51,012 bases of DNA, from sequence record NC_049815.1; one strand, given 5' to 3'. Origin of the DNA: Escherichia phage tonn. Under the pieces are notes generated by a model. The model made no database searches. It worked only from the letters and a program-made list of their open reading frames with translations, and was not told where the DNA came from. Below are positions 24,675-35,555 of this stretch, piece after piece; the first letter of the stretch is position 1; every line of letters starts with the position of its first letter. Made by a program: the position numbers and the translations under genes.

Positions 24675-26671
24675 TAAACAAACTCCCGTTTTGCAATGTT
24701 ATCCTCACCTTTGCCGTTTTTGCGATGCGTTACGCGTACAGGCGGCATGATGTGATGAGCGTATGACATTATTTTACGAGCATTTCTATAGCTCGCCACC
24801 ATACCAGCAATCTTGCGATCCGGTATGTGCTGCAATGCTATTTTTCTCCATATCGTCCGGCAAATGTTGCTTTCTGACTCAGGGAAAAATCTTTCGTATG
24901 CCTTGAACGTGTCTCCGTTGGCCTCAAGCTCATAGCAAAAAATAATTCCTTTCTGGTTTTTCGTCATATCAACGAGGAAAGATTTAACGTTGCACCAATC
25001 GTTTTTGGTGTAGTGCTTACCGCTTAACTTCTCGTTAGGATCGACAAGAGAAATATCGCAACAACGGCATACTCTCGCCACTACGTCGTTTTTTGTTCCG
25101 CAACCGCGCTTGATTATCTTTTTCGTTCTCTGATCTACCTGGTCCTCGCAAATTCTGTAAGTCCAAAAATGCTCACATCGCTTCCCGTTATCGTCTACGT
25201 GCATACATCGGCGAGCGTAAAAGCTGTTTAGCGTTCCACATATCGGACAAGTCTTAGGCTCTTTCCCGTTTGTAAATCTCTTTTGGAATTGCGCTTGCTC
25301 AAGGATTGGATCGAAATACAAATCACCTAACTCATCCATAGTACCTGCAAAATCCAATACAAGATGATCTTTTTTCTTGAATCCCTGCTCAATGTGCCAT
25401 TGCTTAAGCAGTCGCATGCCGCGCCCCAAAAGCTGGATAAGCAATGTTAGAGATCCTATCTTTCTCAGTATTACAGAAGTATCCCAAAACGGAACGTTAA
25501 CGCCAGTGGTAAGCGCCTGTACCTGGAAGATGTATTTTACTTTTCCCTCGTATGCCTCCCTCAGCCACTCTTTACGCTGATTATCTCCAGTCTTGCCAGT
25601 TATGATCCTGTATTCAACGCCTGGCGGCAGTGCGGCGGCGGCCTCCTTGCAGTGCCTTTCCCCTGCGCATGTAACTAAAACTCCGTTCCTGTCTTTGCAT
25701 ATCTCATGGACTTTAGCCATGATTTTCTGTGTCATTGTTGCGTCTTGATGGATCTTTTCTTCCATCTTGCGCAATGTTTTAGCGTCAAAGTCTGAAACGC
25801 CATCCTCGCTACTGGCTTCGAACTCTGAAAGGTCATAACCCAGGTCGCCTACGTCGCCGAAGTTTGTTGGCACTACCGAACCGAATTTGATTAAGTAGTT
25901 TGTGTCTATGTTAGTCACCTGCTCACGCCAGAATCCCTTTTTGTTCTTATCTTCAACCAGTATTGGAACCACGCCGCGAAACTCAGATCCAGTCATGCCG
26001 AATATTCGCAATTCGTGCCCGTATGCCTCGCGACACCTACGCATCATTTCCATGATTATTACGGTGTACTGTGTGCGCCCTGTTCCGAACATTGGATCGC
26101 CATTGGAATCAAATTGCTGTTCTTCTCCAATCAGTACAGGCAAATCCTTCTTAGTGGTCATCTGCTGGTAAGATTCATTATTTTCTATCGCGTCCGCGAG
26201 ATCCTCCCAATCCACCTGGTGACATTCATCAATACCGATAACGTGCGGAACATAGTCACCTAACGACTTAAACAATCCGTTTACTACAGTGCCCTCAGAA
26301 CCGACTACGATCGGAAAGTATGCGCTTTTTGTTTTCAGTCCTGCGCAATAGATTGAGTTTGGCACGCCAAGATTGCTGATCTCTTCCGAATCCTGATCAA
26401 CAATTTCAGCCTGGCGAGCAAGGACCATCATTTTCAATCCCATTTTGCGGCATTGCGCCGCAACCATCGCAAACATCAATGTTTTGCCAGCCGATACAGA
26501 AGCCTTAACAAAGAAAGGATGCTCATAGTTTTTCATGCGCTTTGCGATCTCAGCATACGCAACGCACTGATAAGGATAAGGCACTATATTGCCAACCGTG
26601 AATCGCTCTTGGATGCTTTTTATTACTGCCTCGCCTAACGCTGATATTTGTTTTTCGATATTTGGAATCAT
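24674..26671 (-). CDS. SF2 DNA helicase
   Basis: 665 aa; Walker A VSAGKT, DEAD-like GIDECH, C-terminal Cys-rich zinc-finger-like region. Confidence 0.8.
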   Translation of the reverse strand: MIPNIEKQISALGEAVIKSIQERFTVGNIVPYPYQCVAYAEIAKRMKNYEHPFFVKASVSAGKTLMFAMVAAQCRKMGLKMMVLARQAEIVDQDSEEISNLGVPNSIYCAGLKTKSAYFPIVVGSEGTVVNGLFKSLGDYVPHVIGIDECHQVDWEDLADAIENNESYQQMTTKKDLPVLIGEEQQFDSNGDPMFGTGRTQYTVIIMEMMRRCREAYGHELRIFGMTGSEFRGVVPILVEDKNKKGFWREQVTNIDTNYLIKFGSVVPTNFGDVGDLGYDLSEFEASSEDGVSDFDAKTLRKMEEKIHQDATMTQKIMAKVHEICKDRNGVLVTCAGERHCKEAAAALPPGVEYRIITGKTGDNQRKEWLREAYEGKVKYIFQVQALTTGVNVPFWDTSVILRKIGSLTLLIQLLGRGMRLLKQWHIEQGFKKKDHLVLDFAGTMDELGDLYFDPILEQAQFQKRFTNGKEPKTCPICGTLNSFYARRCMHVDDNGKRCEHFWTYRICEDQVDQRTKKIIKRGCGTKNDVVARVCRCCDISLVDPNEKLSGKHYTKNDWCNVKSFLVDMTKNQKGIIFCYELEANGDTFKAYERFFPESESNICRTIWRKIALQHIPDRKIAGMVASYRNARKIMSYAHHIMPPVRVTHRKNGKGEDNIAKREFV

Positions 26672-26738
26672 CTTAAACCTTTAAAAAATGCCATTTGGAG
26701 TATATAATAGACTCATTACAATAAACTGTTTTAACAAA

Positions 26739-26758
26739 AAATGCTATGAGGTGACTAG
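26739..26758 (-). promoter_or_regulatory. 21-bp intergenic motif copy (variant) with TATTAT 22 bp downstream; promoter candidate for helicase operon
   Basis: CATAGCATTTTTTGTTAAAA on - strand. Confidence 0.45.
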
Positions 26759-27235
26759 ATGAAAGATGCACGAATTGCAGTTTCTACGGGTGAGATCGAC
26801 AAGCGCACTATTAACGGTAACAACGGAACGCGACGAGGTAAAGACAAAAAGCCACGAAAACACCGAACCGGATTTCTTATCCTGCGAGATGAGGTAAAAG
26901 CAAGCCTGAAATCTCGCCTGGATATTCTGATCGAGTATTATGGCGGTGTTCCTGCTATGGCTCGACGTCTACGCGTATCTCAGCAAGTCGTTAACCAATG
27001 GCGAAAGCGTGGTATGATTTCAGCCGCTGGAGCACAAAAGGTGCATAACGACTACAAATATAATGGATGCAAAGGATACCGCGCATCATTTTGTCGTCCA
27101 GATCTGCGGTTTGATTCTAACGGTAAGCCTCTTACTACCCGTTGCGACAAATACGAGATGTTGCGCGTAGTCAAAAATTCAGACTACGAACCAGGCGGAC
27201 GATTCTACAAAGGTGATAACAGCACAAATAGCTAA
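26759..27235 (+). CDS. Cro/YdaS-like HTH DNA-binding protein (putative regulator)
   Basis: HTH-like segment GGVPAMARRLRVSQQVVNQWRKRG. Confidence 0.5.
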   Translation: MKDARIAVSTGEIDKRTINGNNGTRRGKDKKPRKHRTGFLILRDEVKASLKSRLDILIEYYGGVPAMARRLRVSQQVVNQWRKRGMISAAGAQKVHNDYKYNGCKGYRASFCRPDLRFDSNGKPLTTRCDKYEMLRVVKNSDYEPGGRFYKGDNSTNS

Positions 27236-27290
27236 TGATAAGGCTCAGCGAAATGATAATATTTGCTGGGCTTTTTTATTGAGGTTTGCC

Positions 27291-28220
27291 ATGAATACTG
27301 AAAACTTTATGACCTATCAGAAAGAAGATGTTTTGCCATATATGAAGGGGTTATGGCGTGAAGCACTACAAAGCATTTGCGGACTGCATAGCGATGTTTT
27401 CAACAAAAAGCATCAGCCTTGCCCACACTGCGGCGGTAAGGATCGTTTTAGGTGGACTGATAAGCTAAATGAAGAGGGCGACGGCGGCGCGATCTGCAAC
27501 GTATGCGGCAACGACACGGGGATCGGTTGGTTAATGAAATTAACTGGCGAACCTTACAGCGAGGCCATCAACATTTTGGGCCGCTTCCTCGGAAAAGTGC
27601 CACAAGATTACAGAATCAGAGCAAACAAACGCGCTTCGCGTTCTTCTGGTTACTCGTTCGGGAAACAGGCAAGTCATGAATGTTGCGAAAAAGTGATGGC
27701 AAAAACATTAAAATTCGATCGCACACCTTTAAGCGTTTATGAGGGGATATATCCGCCGGAAGATTGTCATTATGATTGCGGCGTCAAGGATGGTCGATAC
27801 ATTCACGCGCTACCTTGTCACCTGGTGCATGATGACGGGCTGGATGATGAAATGTGTAACGTGCTTTTCATTGATGAGGATGGAAAGGATTGGTTTTTAG
27901 CTCGCGACTACACGCGCGGATCTGTTGTTAAAACAGGTAGCACAGATAAGACGATCTATTTGTGCCTTGATTGGGTTGATTCTCAGCATGTTCATTTATC
28001 AACTGGTCAAGAGGTGTGGGCCTGTTTTACTCCTTCAAATCTTGAAATGGTTGCGCATAGATATAAAGGAGAAAGAAGAATGCGCGTAGTCTGCCGGAAA
28101 GATGATCGTGATGTGATAATCGCGGCAGAGGAAAGAGGGCTTGACATAATGATGCCTGTTAACGATAATTTTAAACATGGCGTAGAAAGAAAAATCTACA
28201 AGCCTGAATCACTGCTATAA
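27291..28220 (+). CDS. DNA primase (zinc-binding domain)
   Basis: CPHCGG...CNVCGN zinc-ribbon near N-terminus; start set to ATG 27291 with GAGG RBS. Confidence 0.6.
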   Translation: MNTENFMTYQKEDVLPYMKGLWREALQSICGLHSDVFNKKHQPCPHCGGKDRFRWTDKLNEEGDGGAICNVCGNDTGIGWLMKLTGEPYSEAINILGRFLGKVPQDYRIRANKRASRSSGYSFGKQASHECCEKVMAKTLKFDRTPLSVYEGIYPPEDCHYDCGVKDGRYIHALPCHLVHDDGLDDEMCNVLFIDEDGKDWFLARDYTRGSVVKTGSTDKTIYLCLDWVDSQHVHLSTGQEVWACFTPSNLEMVAHRYKGERRMRVVCRKDDRDVIIAAEERGLDIMMPVNDNFKHGVERKIYKPESLL

Positions 28221-28236
28221 AACTCCGCTAGTATTG

Positions 28237-28261
28237 CCCCGCTTATGCGGGGTTTTTTTTT
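28237..28261 (+). terminator. rho-independent terminator after primase gene
   Basis: CCCCGC-ttat-GCGGGG followed by T9. Confidence 0.65.
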
Positions 28262-28326
28262 GCATTTAAAAATGCTATTATCTGAATTGTCATTGGCAAA
28301 AAGTGCTATTTAGGAGGATTTTACAA

Positions 28327-30321
28327 ATGGCGATTTACAGACAAGGCCAAGCGTCTATGGACGCGCAAGGTTATGTAACTGGTTACGGTACAAAATGGCG
28401 TGAGCAATTAACCTTGATTCGCCCAGGTGCAACTATTTTCTTTCTTTCTCAACCTTTGCAAGCTGCTGTGATTACGGAAGTGATTAGCGATACAAGCATT
28501 CGCGCAATTACTACTGGCGGCGCGGTAGTACAGAAGACAAATTACCTGATCTTGCTTCATGACTCGTTAACGGTTGACGGTCTTGCGCAAGACGTAGCGG
28601 AAACGCTGCGTTATTACCAGGGGAAGGAATCGGAGTTTGCTGGATTTATTGAGATCATCAAGGATTTTGATTGGGATAAGCTACAGAAGATCCAGGAAGA
28701 CGTAAAGACAAATGCTGATGCAGCATCAGCAAGCAAGCAGGCAGCTAAAACCAGCGAGAATAACGCGAAGACAAGCGCAACAAATGCAGCGAATAGCGAG
28801 AAAGGTGCTGATACTGCAAAGGCTGCCGCTGAATCCGCGCGCGACGCTGCAAACACTGCAAAGACTGGAGCTGAAACAGCAAAGTCTGGCGCTGAATCCG
28901 CGCGTGACGCTGCGAACACTGCAAAGGCAGGAGCTGAAAGTGCGCGAGATCAAGCGGAGGAATACGCAAAGCAGGCCGCAGAACCTTACAAAGATTTATT
29001 GCAACCGTTGCCGGACGTGTGGATACCGTTTAATGATTCACTTGATATGATAACTGGTTTTGCGCCTGGGTATAAAAAGATAAAAGTTGGTGATGATGTG
29101 ATCAATATGCCGTCAGATAAAGTTGTAAATTTTAAGCGAGCATCAAAGGCGACATACATTAATAAGTCGGGATTTCTTACTGATGCTGACATTGACGAAC
29201 CGCGTTTTGAACGTGAAGGCTTGCTAATTGAGGGGCAGAGAACAAACCTTCTCATAAATAGTACCAATCCTTCAAAATGGAACAAGTCATCAAACATGGT
29301 GTTAAGCCAATCAGGAGTTGATGATTTCGGTTTTTCATTTGGCAAGTTTACATTAAAGCCAGAAATGGTAGGGAAAACATCGGCTATTAACATAGTTACA
29401 GTATCTGCTAATAAGGGTTTTGATGTTACTGGTGAAGAAAAAAGAGTAACAATCTCATGCAGAGTCAAGGGTGGTGAAGGAAACATAAGATGCAGACTTA
29501 AATTTGAAAGTTATAATGATAGCGGATATACCTTTCTAGGTGGTGCTTATCTCGGTCTTGAGGATTTGTCAATAGAAAAAACCGGCGGCGCTGCAAACAG
29601 GATAACAGCAAGAGCGGTAATGGATGAGTCAAGCAAATGGATATTTTTTGAGGCTACGATCACAGCATTAGAACAGGAAAGCATGATTGGTGCAATGGTG
29701 CAATATGCCCCGCGAAAAGGAGGAAGCACAGAAGTTGATGATTACATATACATCTCAACACCTCAATTGGAAGGTGGTGCGTGCTCGTCGTCATTTATCG
29801 TCACAGAGGGAACTCCTGCGACAAGGGCTAGTGACTTAGTTAATGTCGTGTCATTTAATAATTTAATATCTCACCCGCTTAGTTTTTTGCTTGAGGTAAA
29901 TAAAACATGGACTACCTTACCAAATTCATCGCCGAGGATATGGGATATTGGTGCGCCTGATGTTGGCGAGTCAATGGTATGCTCAATAAGAAGCGATAAA
30001 CATTCAACATACTGGAATATTGCTAGATATGGCGAGTCACCAACCGTATACATTTCCACTGAAATAAAGAATAATTATGATTCTGCTCAGGGAGCAATAA
30101 CAGTTGGCGGAGTATACGACGGGAGTTATGCGTATATCTTTTCAAATTCCGTAAAAGGGAACAAAGCAGAGGTTAAGCATGGTTTTAAGCCAACAACCAG
30201 TAAGATAATAAGATTCGGTGGCGCAGGATCTGATGGTGCTCGTCACTTTTTCGGACACTTAAGAAACTTCCGCATATGGCACAAGACACTAACAGATCAC
30301 CAAATGGGGGAAATTGTATAA
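28327..30321 (+). CDS. tail fibre protein
   Basis: ATG 28327 with AGGAGG RBS; Ala-rich 21-aa tandem repeats typical of fibre shafts; C-terminal beta-rich domain. Confidence 0.8.
   Translation: MAIYRQGQASMDAQGYVTGYGTKWREQLTLIRPGATIFFLSQPLQAAVITEVISDTSIRAITTGGAVVQKTNYLILLHDSLTVDGLAQDVAETLRYYQGKESEFAGFIEIIKDFDWDKLQKIQEDVKTNADAASASKQAAKTSENNAKTSATNAANSEKGADTAKAAAESARDAANTAKTGAETAKSGAESARDAANTAKAGAESARDQAEEYAKQAAEPYKDLLQPLPDVWIPFNDSLDMITGFAPGYKKIKVGDDVINMPSDKVVNFKRASKATYINKSGFLTDADIDEPRFEREGLLIEGQRTNLLINSTNPSKWNKSSNMVLSQSGVDDFGFSFGKFTLKPEMVGKTSAINIVTVSANKGFDVTGEEKRVTISCRVKGGEGNIRCRLKFESYNDSGYTFLGGAYLGLEDLSIEKTGGAANRITARAVMDESSKWIFFEATITALEQESMIGAMVQYAPRKGGSTEVDDYIYISTPQLEGGACSSSFIVTEGTPATRASDLVNVVSFNNLISHPLSFLLEVNKTWTTLPNSSPRIWDIGAPDVGESMVCSIRSDKHSTYWNIARYGESPTVYISTEIKNNYDSAQGAITVGGVYDGSYAYIFSNSVKGNKAEVKHGFKPTTSKIIRFGGAGSDGARHFFGHLRNFRIWHKTLTDHQMGEIV
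28828..28953 (+). repeat. two tandem 63-bp direct repeats inside the tail fibre gene
   Basis: GCTGAATCCGCGCG(C/T)GACGCTGC(A/G)AACACTGCAAAG... repeated at 28828 and 28891. Confidence 0.7.
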
Positions 30322-30599
30322 TGCGTGATTTAACACTGAAATTTGTAGACAAGGCGGAGTTTTCCGCCTTTATTGAAAAAATCGAATGGAAAGAAAACGA
30401 AAATATTCAGAATGCAATCCTGCTCGATGTAATCGGTACTACTTACACAGTAGTTGCACGATCTGACGATGGCGATGAGATTGCACAAAAGAACGACGGT
30501 TATTTTGTCAATGTTCGAATCATTGATAATAAGTTTGATTCCGTAATTTTTAATGATTATGTTGTTGAGTTGGATCAGCCGATTAGAGAATGGGCTTAA
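30321..30599 (+). CDS. hypothetical protein (fibre-associated?)
   Basis: 92 aa; TAATG coupling to tail fibre gene. Confidence 0.45.
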   Translation: MRDLTLKFVDKAEFSAFIEKIEWKENENIQNAILLDVIGTTYTVVARSDDGDEIAQKNDGYFVNVRIIDNKFDSVIFNDYVVELDQPIREWA

Positions 30600-30605
30600 G
30601 GAGTT

Positions 30606-31286
30606 ATGAAAATGGCTACAGTTACTAATATTCCTGGTGATATAACGAAGCTGAAAAGTGATGTTTCGACACTAAAACAGGATGTTGCAGGAAAAGCATC
30701 AACTACTGATGTTGACAATAAGTTGAAGCTGTATCTAAAACAAACTGATCTATCATCCGAGTTGGATAGCGGAAGGTATAGTGGGAGTTTTTACCCACTA
30801 ACTGGTAACGATGCATTTTATTTATTTAATCTTAACACAACCGCTCAATCAGCAAACTTATGGCTTGATCCAAATGCTGGAGTGTCGCAAGTTTTACGCT
30901 CCACTTCCTCTTCTCGTTATAAGCGCAGCGTAGAATCGGTTATTGATGAATATGCGGATCTGATGCTTGAAATGCGTCCTGTGTGGTATCGGTCAACTTG
31001 TGAAAGCGACCGTAAAGATTGGGGATGGTACGGGCTAATCGCGGAAGAGGTTGGAGAAATTGCGCCGGAGTACGTTCACTGGCGACCGCTGCAAGAAGGA
31101 GAAGATCCTGCCATTGCTTCAAGTAATGGCATGGTAGCGGAAGGCGTTATGTATGACCGCCTCACTGTTCCACTGATTCACCACGTTAAGAAACTGAAAG
31201 CGGAAAACGATGAGATGAGAAAAGAAATTGACGAGCTAAAAGCGGTTGTAGCGGCACTGGTAAACAAACCAACCACGTTAGACTAA
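30606..31286 (+). CDS. protein with peptidase S74 / intramolecular chaperone-like domain (fibre accessory)
   Basis: S.RYKRSVESV..EY..LMLEMRPVWYR...WYGLIAEEV.EIAPEYV pattern resembling the autoproteolytic chaperone domain of endosialidase-type fibres. Confidence 0.55.
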   Translation: MKMATVTNIPGDITKLKSDVSTLKQDVAGKASTTDVDNKLKLYLKQTDLSSELDSGRYSGSFYPLTGNDAFYLFNLNTTAQSANLWLDPNAGVSQVLRSTSSSRYKRSVESVIDEYADLMLEMRPVWYRSTCESDRKDWGWYGLIAEEVGEIAPEYVHWRPLQEGEDPAIASSNGMVAEGVMYDRLTVPLIHHVKKLKAENDEMRKEIDELKAVVAALVNKPTTLD

Positions 31287-31315
31287 AAAATGCCCCGCAT
31301 ATGCGGGGCTTTTTG
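31285..31315. terminator. bidirectional rho-independent terminator between convergent fibre and SSB units
   Basis: GCCCCGC-atat-GCGGGGC with flanking A6 and T5. Confidence 0.65.
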
Positions 31316-31318
31316 TTA

Positions 31319-31771
31319 TCAGAATGGTATATCGTCGTCAAAGTCAATCGGAGGCTGATTGCTTTGCTGCGGCTGCTGTTGAGTATTTTGTTTCTGTTGC
31401 TGTTGTGGTTGCCCCCAGCCTCCTTGCGTTCGCTGCTGATATTGTTGCTGGCTTTCACCTCTCTGGCTAAATAGCAAGTTTGCAAATCCGCCAGGCTGCA
31501 CGGTGCTGTAAATCTTTCCGTTGTATTCTCGCGTTTCAACTCGCAAGGTATCGCAGGAAACAGAAACAACCTTTCCTACCTGGAACGCCTCGGCATACCA
31601 ACCATTCAGGCCGTCTGTTTTCGCATTAAAGAAAAACACATAGTTTGTATACTGCCAATTTCCTTCTCGGTCTTTGTATCGCTCGGAAAGCTCAATAACA
31701 TATAGCGTGCTGCCGTTAGGCATTTGCTTTACTTTTGGCTCTTTTCGAATCTCACCTGTAATAACGTGCAT
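31319..31771 (-). CDS. ssb: single-stranded DNA-binding protein
   Basis: OB-fold-like N-terminal domain, Gly/Gln-rich linker and C-terminal acidic tail DFDDDIPF; AGGAGAAAACAAA RBS before ATG 31771. Confidence 0.85.
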   Translation of the reverse strand: MHVITGEIRKEPKVKQMPNGSTLYVIELSERYKDREGNWQYTNYVFFFNAKTDGLNGWYAEAFQVGKVVSVSCDTLRVETREYNGKIYSTVQPGGFANLLFSQRGESQQQYQQRTQGGWGQPQQQQKQNTQQQPQQSNQPPIDFDDDIPF

Positions 31772-31814
31772 TTTGTTTTCTCCTATGACAAAAGGGGCGC
31801 AAGCGCCCCGTTTA

Positions 31815-32471
<657 letters not shown>

Positions 32472-32729
32472 TTATTCCTTCTCGCTTTCAAGCATTTTAA
32501 TAAATTCTTCTGTTGATTCAGCAACCAACCTCTCGCGCTCTTTGTTTCCCTTGCTCATCGTTGCAACAAGGATAACGTTGTCAATGGATGCAACCACGTC
32601 CTTGATGTAAGTCTTCATTTCTTCCGACTCTTTAATGTTCATCGGCTTAATAAATTCTTTCATTGCAATGGTTACTCGATCAATGAATCGTTCTAAATGC
32701 AATAATGTGGCATTGTCTTTGTCTGTCAT
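32472..32729 (-). CDS. hypothetical protein
   Basis: 85 aa. Confidence 0.5.
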   Translation of the reverse strand: MTDKDNATLLHLERFIDRVTIAMKEFIKPMNIKESEEMKTYIKDVVASIDNVILVATMSKGNKERERLVAESTEEFIKMLESEKE

Positions 32730-32804
32730 TTCTCATTCTCCCGTTATCTGGTTGGCGAATTATATCACCAACCATTATAAAAGTTTAGCTATTTGTTTAG
32801 TTTA

Positions 32805-33860
32805 TCAAAGATAATGCCTGAATTGAGCACGAACCCAATCAGGAGTATCAAGATCAATTTCCGGTTGCCCGTTTGCATACGAAGGCCATTCGTCTAACTG
32901 CTGGCAAACGTTGAACTTGTTGATCACGCTCATGTACTGGATGCGCCCGATCTTCAATTGCTCAATATTCATGCGGAAAGCAAGCGGCAAGTAAGGCTCT
33001 TTCTTCTCCTGCGCAAGCAATCTTACAATTACTGGCCTTTCCTCGTCTGGATACGCCTTTTTGAATAAGTCATGTTGCAAAGCCATTTTAAGATAATAGC
33101 CGTGATTGTAAGCCAGGCGCTGGAAGTCAACCGGATTTGCGCTAACCGTTGTTTTGTAGTCAGTGATAATCACCGCTTCTGGATAGGTGACTTCTTCATA
33201 AATCGGCCTGCCTTTTTCGTCGTAACCGTTAATGATTGTTGCCTTTACATCCTTGTTTACGTCAACGTGATCAAGACGCACTTTTACTTTTACGCCGTTG
33301 ATGATCCCAAATATTGACATTTCACGCTGCGCGGTTGGGCTGTTCATGCAAGCGTTATGCTCCGGTATGGCCTCAAGTACGCGCCGCATCGCTACACAGG
33401 CATCATAATCTTTAGCGTCTATTAACTGCACTCCGTCCGCTGCGGCCTGGCATTCTGCCATCATTTCGATAAGCCACCACACATTGAGATCCTCGCCGCA
33501 CTTGTACAGCATTTCCAGTAATTCAGGGTATTGTTTACCCGTTGTACCTTTCAGGCCAAAAGATTTCAGCTTTGATGCTAACGCCGTTTGACTAGTGATC
33601 AGATCTTTAAAATCATCCTGCGACGGTGCGCGGCGATATGTTTTTTCGAATAGCTCCTTGCTTTCAAAGTTGGTATGCGACTGCGTACCGAAAACAAGTG
33701 CTTTAGTTTCCTGGCGCGGCTTGTACTTCCAGTACGCCGGGCAAGTGCTGTAAATCTCCGCCAGGCTGGAACCGCTGACATATTCAGCCGTCCACGCGTT
33801 AGGATCATGATAAAGCTCGTTGCTCATTTCTTCGCTAGTGTAGGCTTTAAAATCACTCAT
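32805..33860 (-). CDS. PD-(D/E)xK recombination exonuclease (RecE/YqaJ/Cas4-like)
   Basis: 351 aa; D...E.K-type block IITDYKTT; strong AAGGAG RBS. Confidence 0.6.
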   Translation of the reverse strand: MSDFKAYTSEEMSNELYHDPNAWTAEYVSGSSLAEIYSTCPAYWKYKPRQETKALVFGTQSHTNFESKELFEKTYRRAPSQDDFKDLITSQTALASKLKSFGLKGTTGKQYPELLEMLYKCGEDLNVWWLIEMMAECQAAADGVQLIDAKDYDACVAMRRVLEAIPEHNACMNSPTAQREMSIFGIINGVKVKVRLDHVDVNKDVKATIINGYDEKGRPIYEEVTYPEAVIITDYKTTVSANPVDFQRLAYNHGYYLKMALQHDLFKKAYPDEERPVIVRLLAQEKKEPYLPLAFRMNIEQLKIGRIQYMSVINKFNVCQQLDEWPSYANGQPEIDLDTPDWVRAQFRHYL

Positions 33861-34035
33861 CTTTAATGCTCCTTGTTGCTTTATGCGTGCATTGTAGCCA
33901 TTTGGTTGATTTAGTCAATAGCTGTTTTGTTTTTTTCTGTTTTCTAAACGTTCTCAGATGGCAAGAAAACAGATTTGACTCATAAGTTAATGATTAATAT
34001 GTGTTATTTTTCTTGTTCCCCTGTTCTCTCAGATA

Positions 34036-34280
34036 CGCCGGATTATATACATACACATGAATGATGGCACATACAGATACTCAGAAAGAAAAATCACCAC
34101 AAACAACCAAAACCACAAGAAACGCAGATAACAAGAAAAAACAAATATACATACATAAATAAATAAACTATTGATTTTATATGTATATATCTATTTTATT
34201 GATTGTTTATTGATCTTATGTTGTCTAAATTTTGCGCTAAATTTACGCCGTCTTAAATTCGATAACACCGGAAAACAAAA
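34036..34280. repeat. AT-rich noncoding element, copy B (homologous to 13420..13630)
   Basis: same ordered sequence blocks as copy A, same orientation. Confidence 0.55.
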
Positions 34281-34286
34281 AATAAC

Positions 34287-34306
34287 AAATAGCACTTTTT
34301 GCTAAA
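34287..34306 (+). promoter_or_regulatory. 21-bp intergenic motif copy (AAATAGCACTTTTTGCTAAA) with TATAGT 21 bp downstream
   Basis: motif match. Confidence 0.5.
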
Positions 34307-34362
34307 CGCGATGCCCAAGATCGTGTATAGTTGCATCCAACAACAACTAAGGAGTATTGAAG

Positions 34363-34632
34363 ATGAAAAAGTTAATCGCAGTTATCGCCACTGTAGCCGC
34401 TCTGACAGGATGCGCAGCGTCGCCTACTGGCAACTTCAAGGAGATCGATTGCACGGCAAAATTTAACGTTAAAACATTCCCTGTTAACGGATTCCATGAA
34501 GTCAAAATTAATGCAGTCCGCGAAAACAGATTCAGCCAAAAGCAATACAGGTTGAGCGTTGACAATAAAGAAGTTAAATTTATCAACCGTTGGCAAAATG
34601 AAAGTAAATTTATTGATTTGAGGTGTAATTAA
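34363..34632 (+). CDS. lipoprotein (possible Cor/Llp-like superinfection exclusion protein)
   Basis: MKKLIAVIATVAALTGC lipobox; AAGGAG RBS; next to tail tip gene. Function is inference. Confidence 0.5.
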   Translation: MKKLIAVIATVAALTGCAASPTGNFKEIDCTAKFNVKTFPVNGFHEVKINAVRENRFSQKQYRLSVDNKEVKFINRWQNESKFIDLRCN

Positions 34633-34910
34633 TGGCGCAATATGGTTATGCAATATATGACGATCGAGGAAGGGAAGTTACAGGACTTTTAACGCCTGTT
34701 TTCTTCCTTGATAAATTCACTCAGCCATCAGGTAGCAAGACTTACCAAAACAGGCCGCCAGGTAAATCATTGAAAGCAATATATGTTGGCATGAATTCCT
34801 GGCGTGGTGGCGACCCTGGCGCACCAAACTTAGGGGTAAGTGGCGACACCGTTACATGGAGTGGGCTTTCTGGATCTGATTCAAGATATATATATACTTT
34901 TTGGGGGTGA
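34632..34910 (+). CDS. hypothetical protein
   Basis: 92 aa. Confidence 0.45.
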   Translation: MAQYGYAIYDDRGREVTGLLTPVFFLDKFTQPSGSKTYQNRPPGKSLKAIYVGMNSWRGGDPGAPNLGVSGDTVTWSGLSGSDSRYIYTFWG

Positions 34911-35527
34911 TAATGTACGGGATGAGTATAAAAAAATCAGACGGATCGTTATGGTTAAGTCCAGATTTCACTCCAGTTAATCTAATTGATCGGGCCGTAA
35001 TATCTGCTAATACCGGAACCGTTTTTACTTCGTCAATTCCTGTTGATAGGGTATGTTTTTTCTTTGTTAGATTGACCGCTAAATCATACATATCATTCAC
35101 GCAATTTAACAATGGTGGAAGGCACGCAATAAGACTTGATAGATCTGATAATCAGGGTGAGGTTATTGTTTATGCTTTTAGTAATATGGTGACTCCCCCA
35201 GGTAGTCACGGCATAGCGTTTTATAATGCTCATGGTGAAATGGTTTATCATGGAAAAATGAGGCCGCTAGATGCAAAGCAAGTAGGCGTAAGCGGGATCG
35301 CATTTGATGTTAACATGGGCTATCCTTGCGCCATAATGCCATCACTGACAGCATTAAACTCTGTTCCTAATCCGGCTTTAGGTGGATTCATGATTTTTGA
35401 GTCTCAAGCTGCCGCGTATGGTAACGGGATCTACTCTTTTTCTAGGCAGGTTGCACAAACTCCTGGACCTGTTGGTATTTACACCGCTTCATCTGTTTTG
35501 GTTATAAATGCATCACACTATGATTAA
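34901..35527 (+). CDS. hypothetical protein
   Basis: 208 aa. Confidence 0.5.
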   Translation: MGVIMYGMSIKKSDGSLWLSPDFTPVNLIDRAVISANTGTVFTSSIPVDRVCFFFVRLTAKSYISFTQFNNGGRHAIRLDRSDNQGEVIVYAFSNMVTPPGSHGIAFYNAHGEMVYHGKMRPLDAKQVGVSGIAFDVNMGYPCAIMPSLTALNSVPNPALGGFMIFESQAAAYGNGIYSFSRQVAQTPGPVGIYTASSVLVINASHYD

Positions 35528-35555
35528 AATTAAAGGGGGCTATGCCCCCTTTTTT
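35527..35555. terminator. bidirectional rho-independent terminator
   Basis: GGGGGC-tat-GCCCCC flanked by A-rich and T6. Confidence 0.6.

Noticed and set aside
28828-28953. Possible CRISPR-like repeat array
   Set aside because: Only two in-frame 63-bp coding repeats inside the fibre gene; no spacer-repeat structure anywhere in the window.
28614-28969. Three antisense ORFs (74-101 aa) opposite the tail fibre gene
   Set aside because: They are generated by the Ala-codon-rich tandem repeats of the fibre gene read on the opposite strand; no independent signals.
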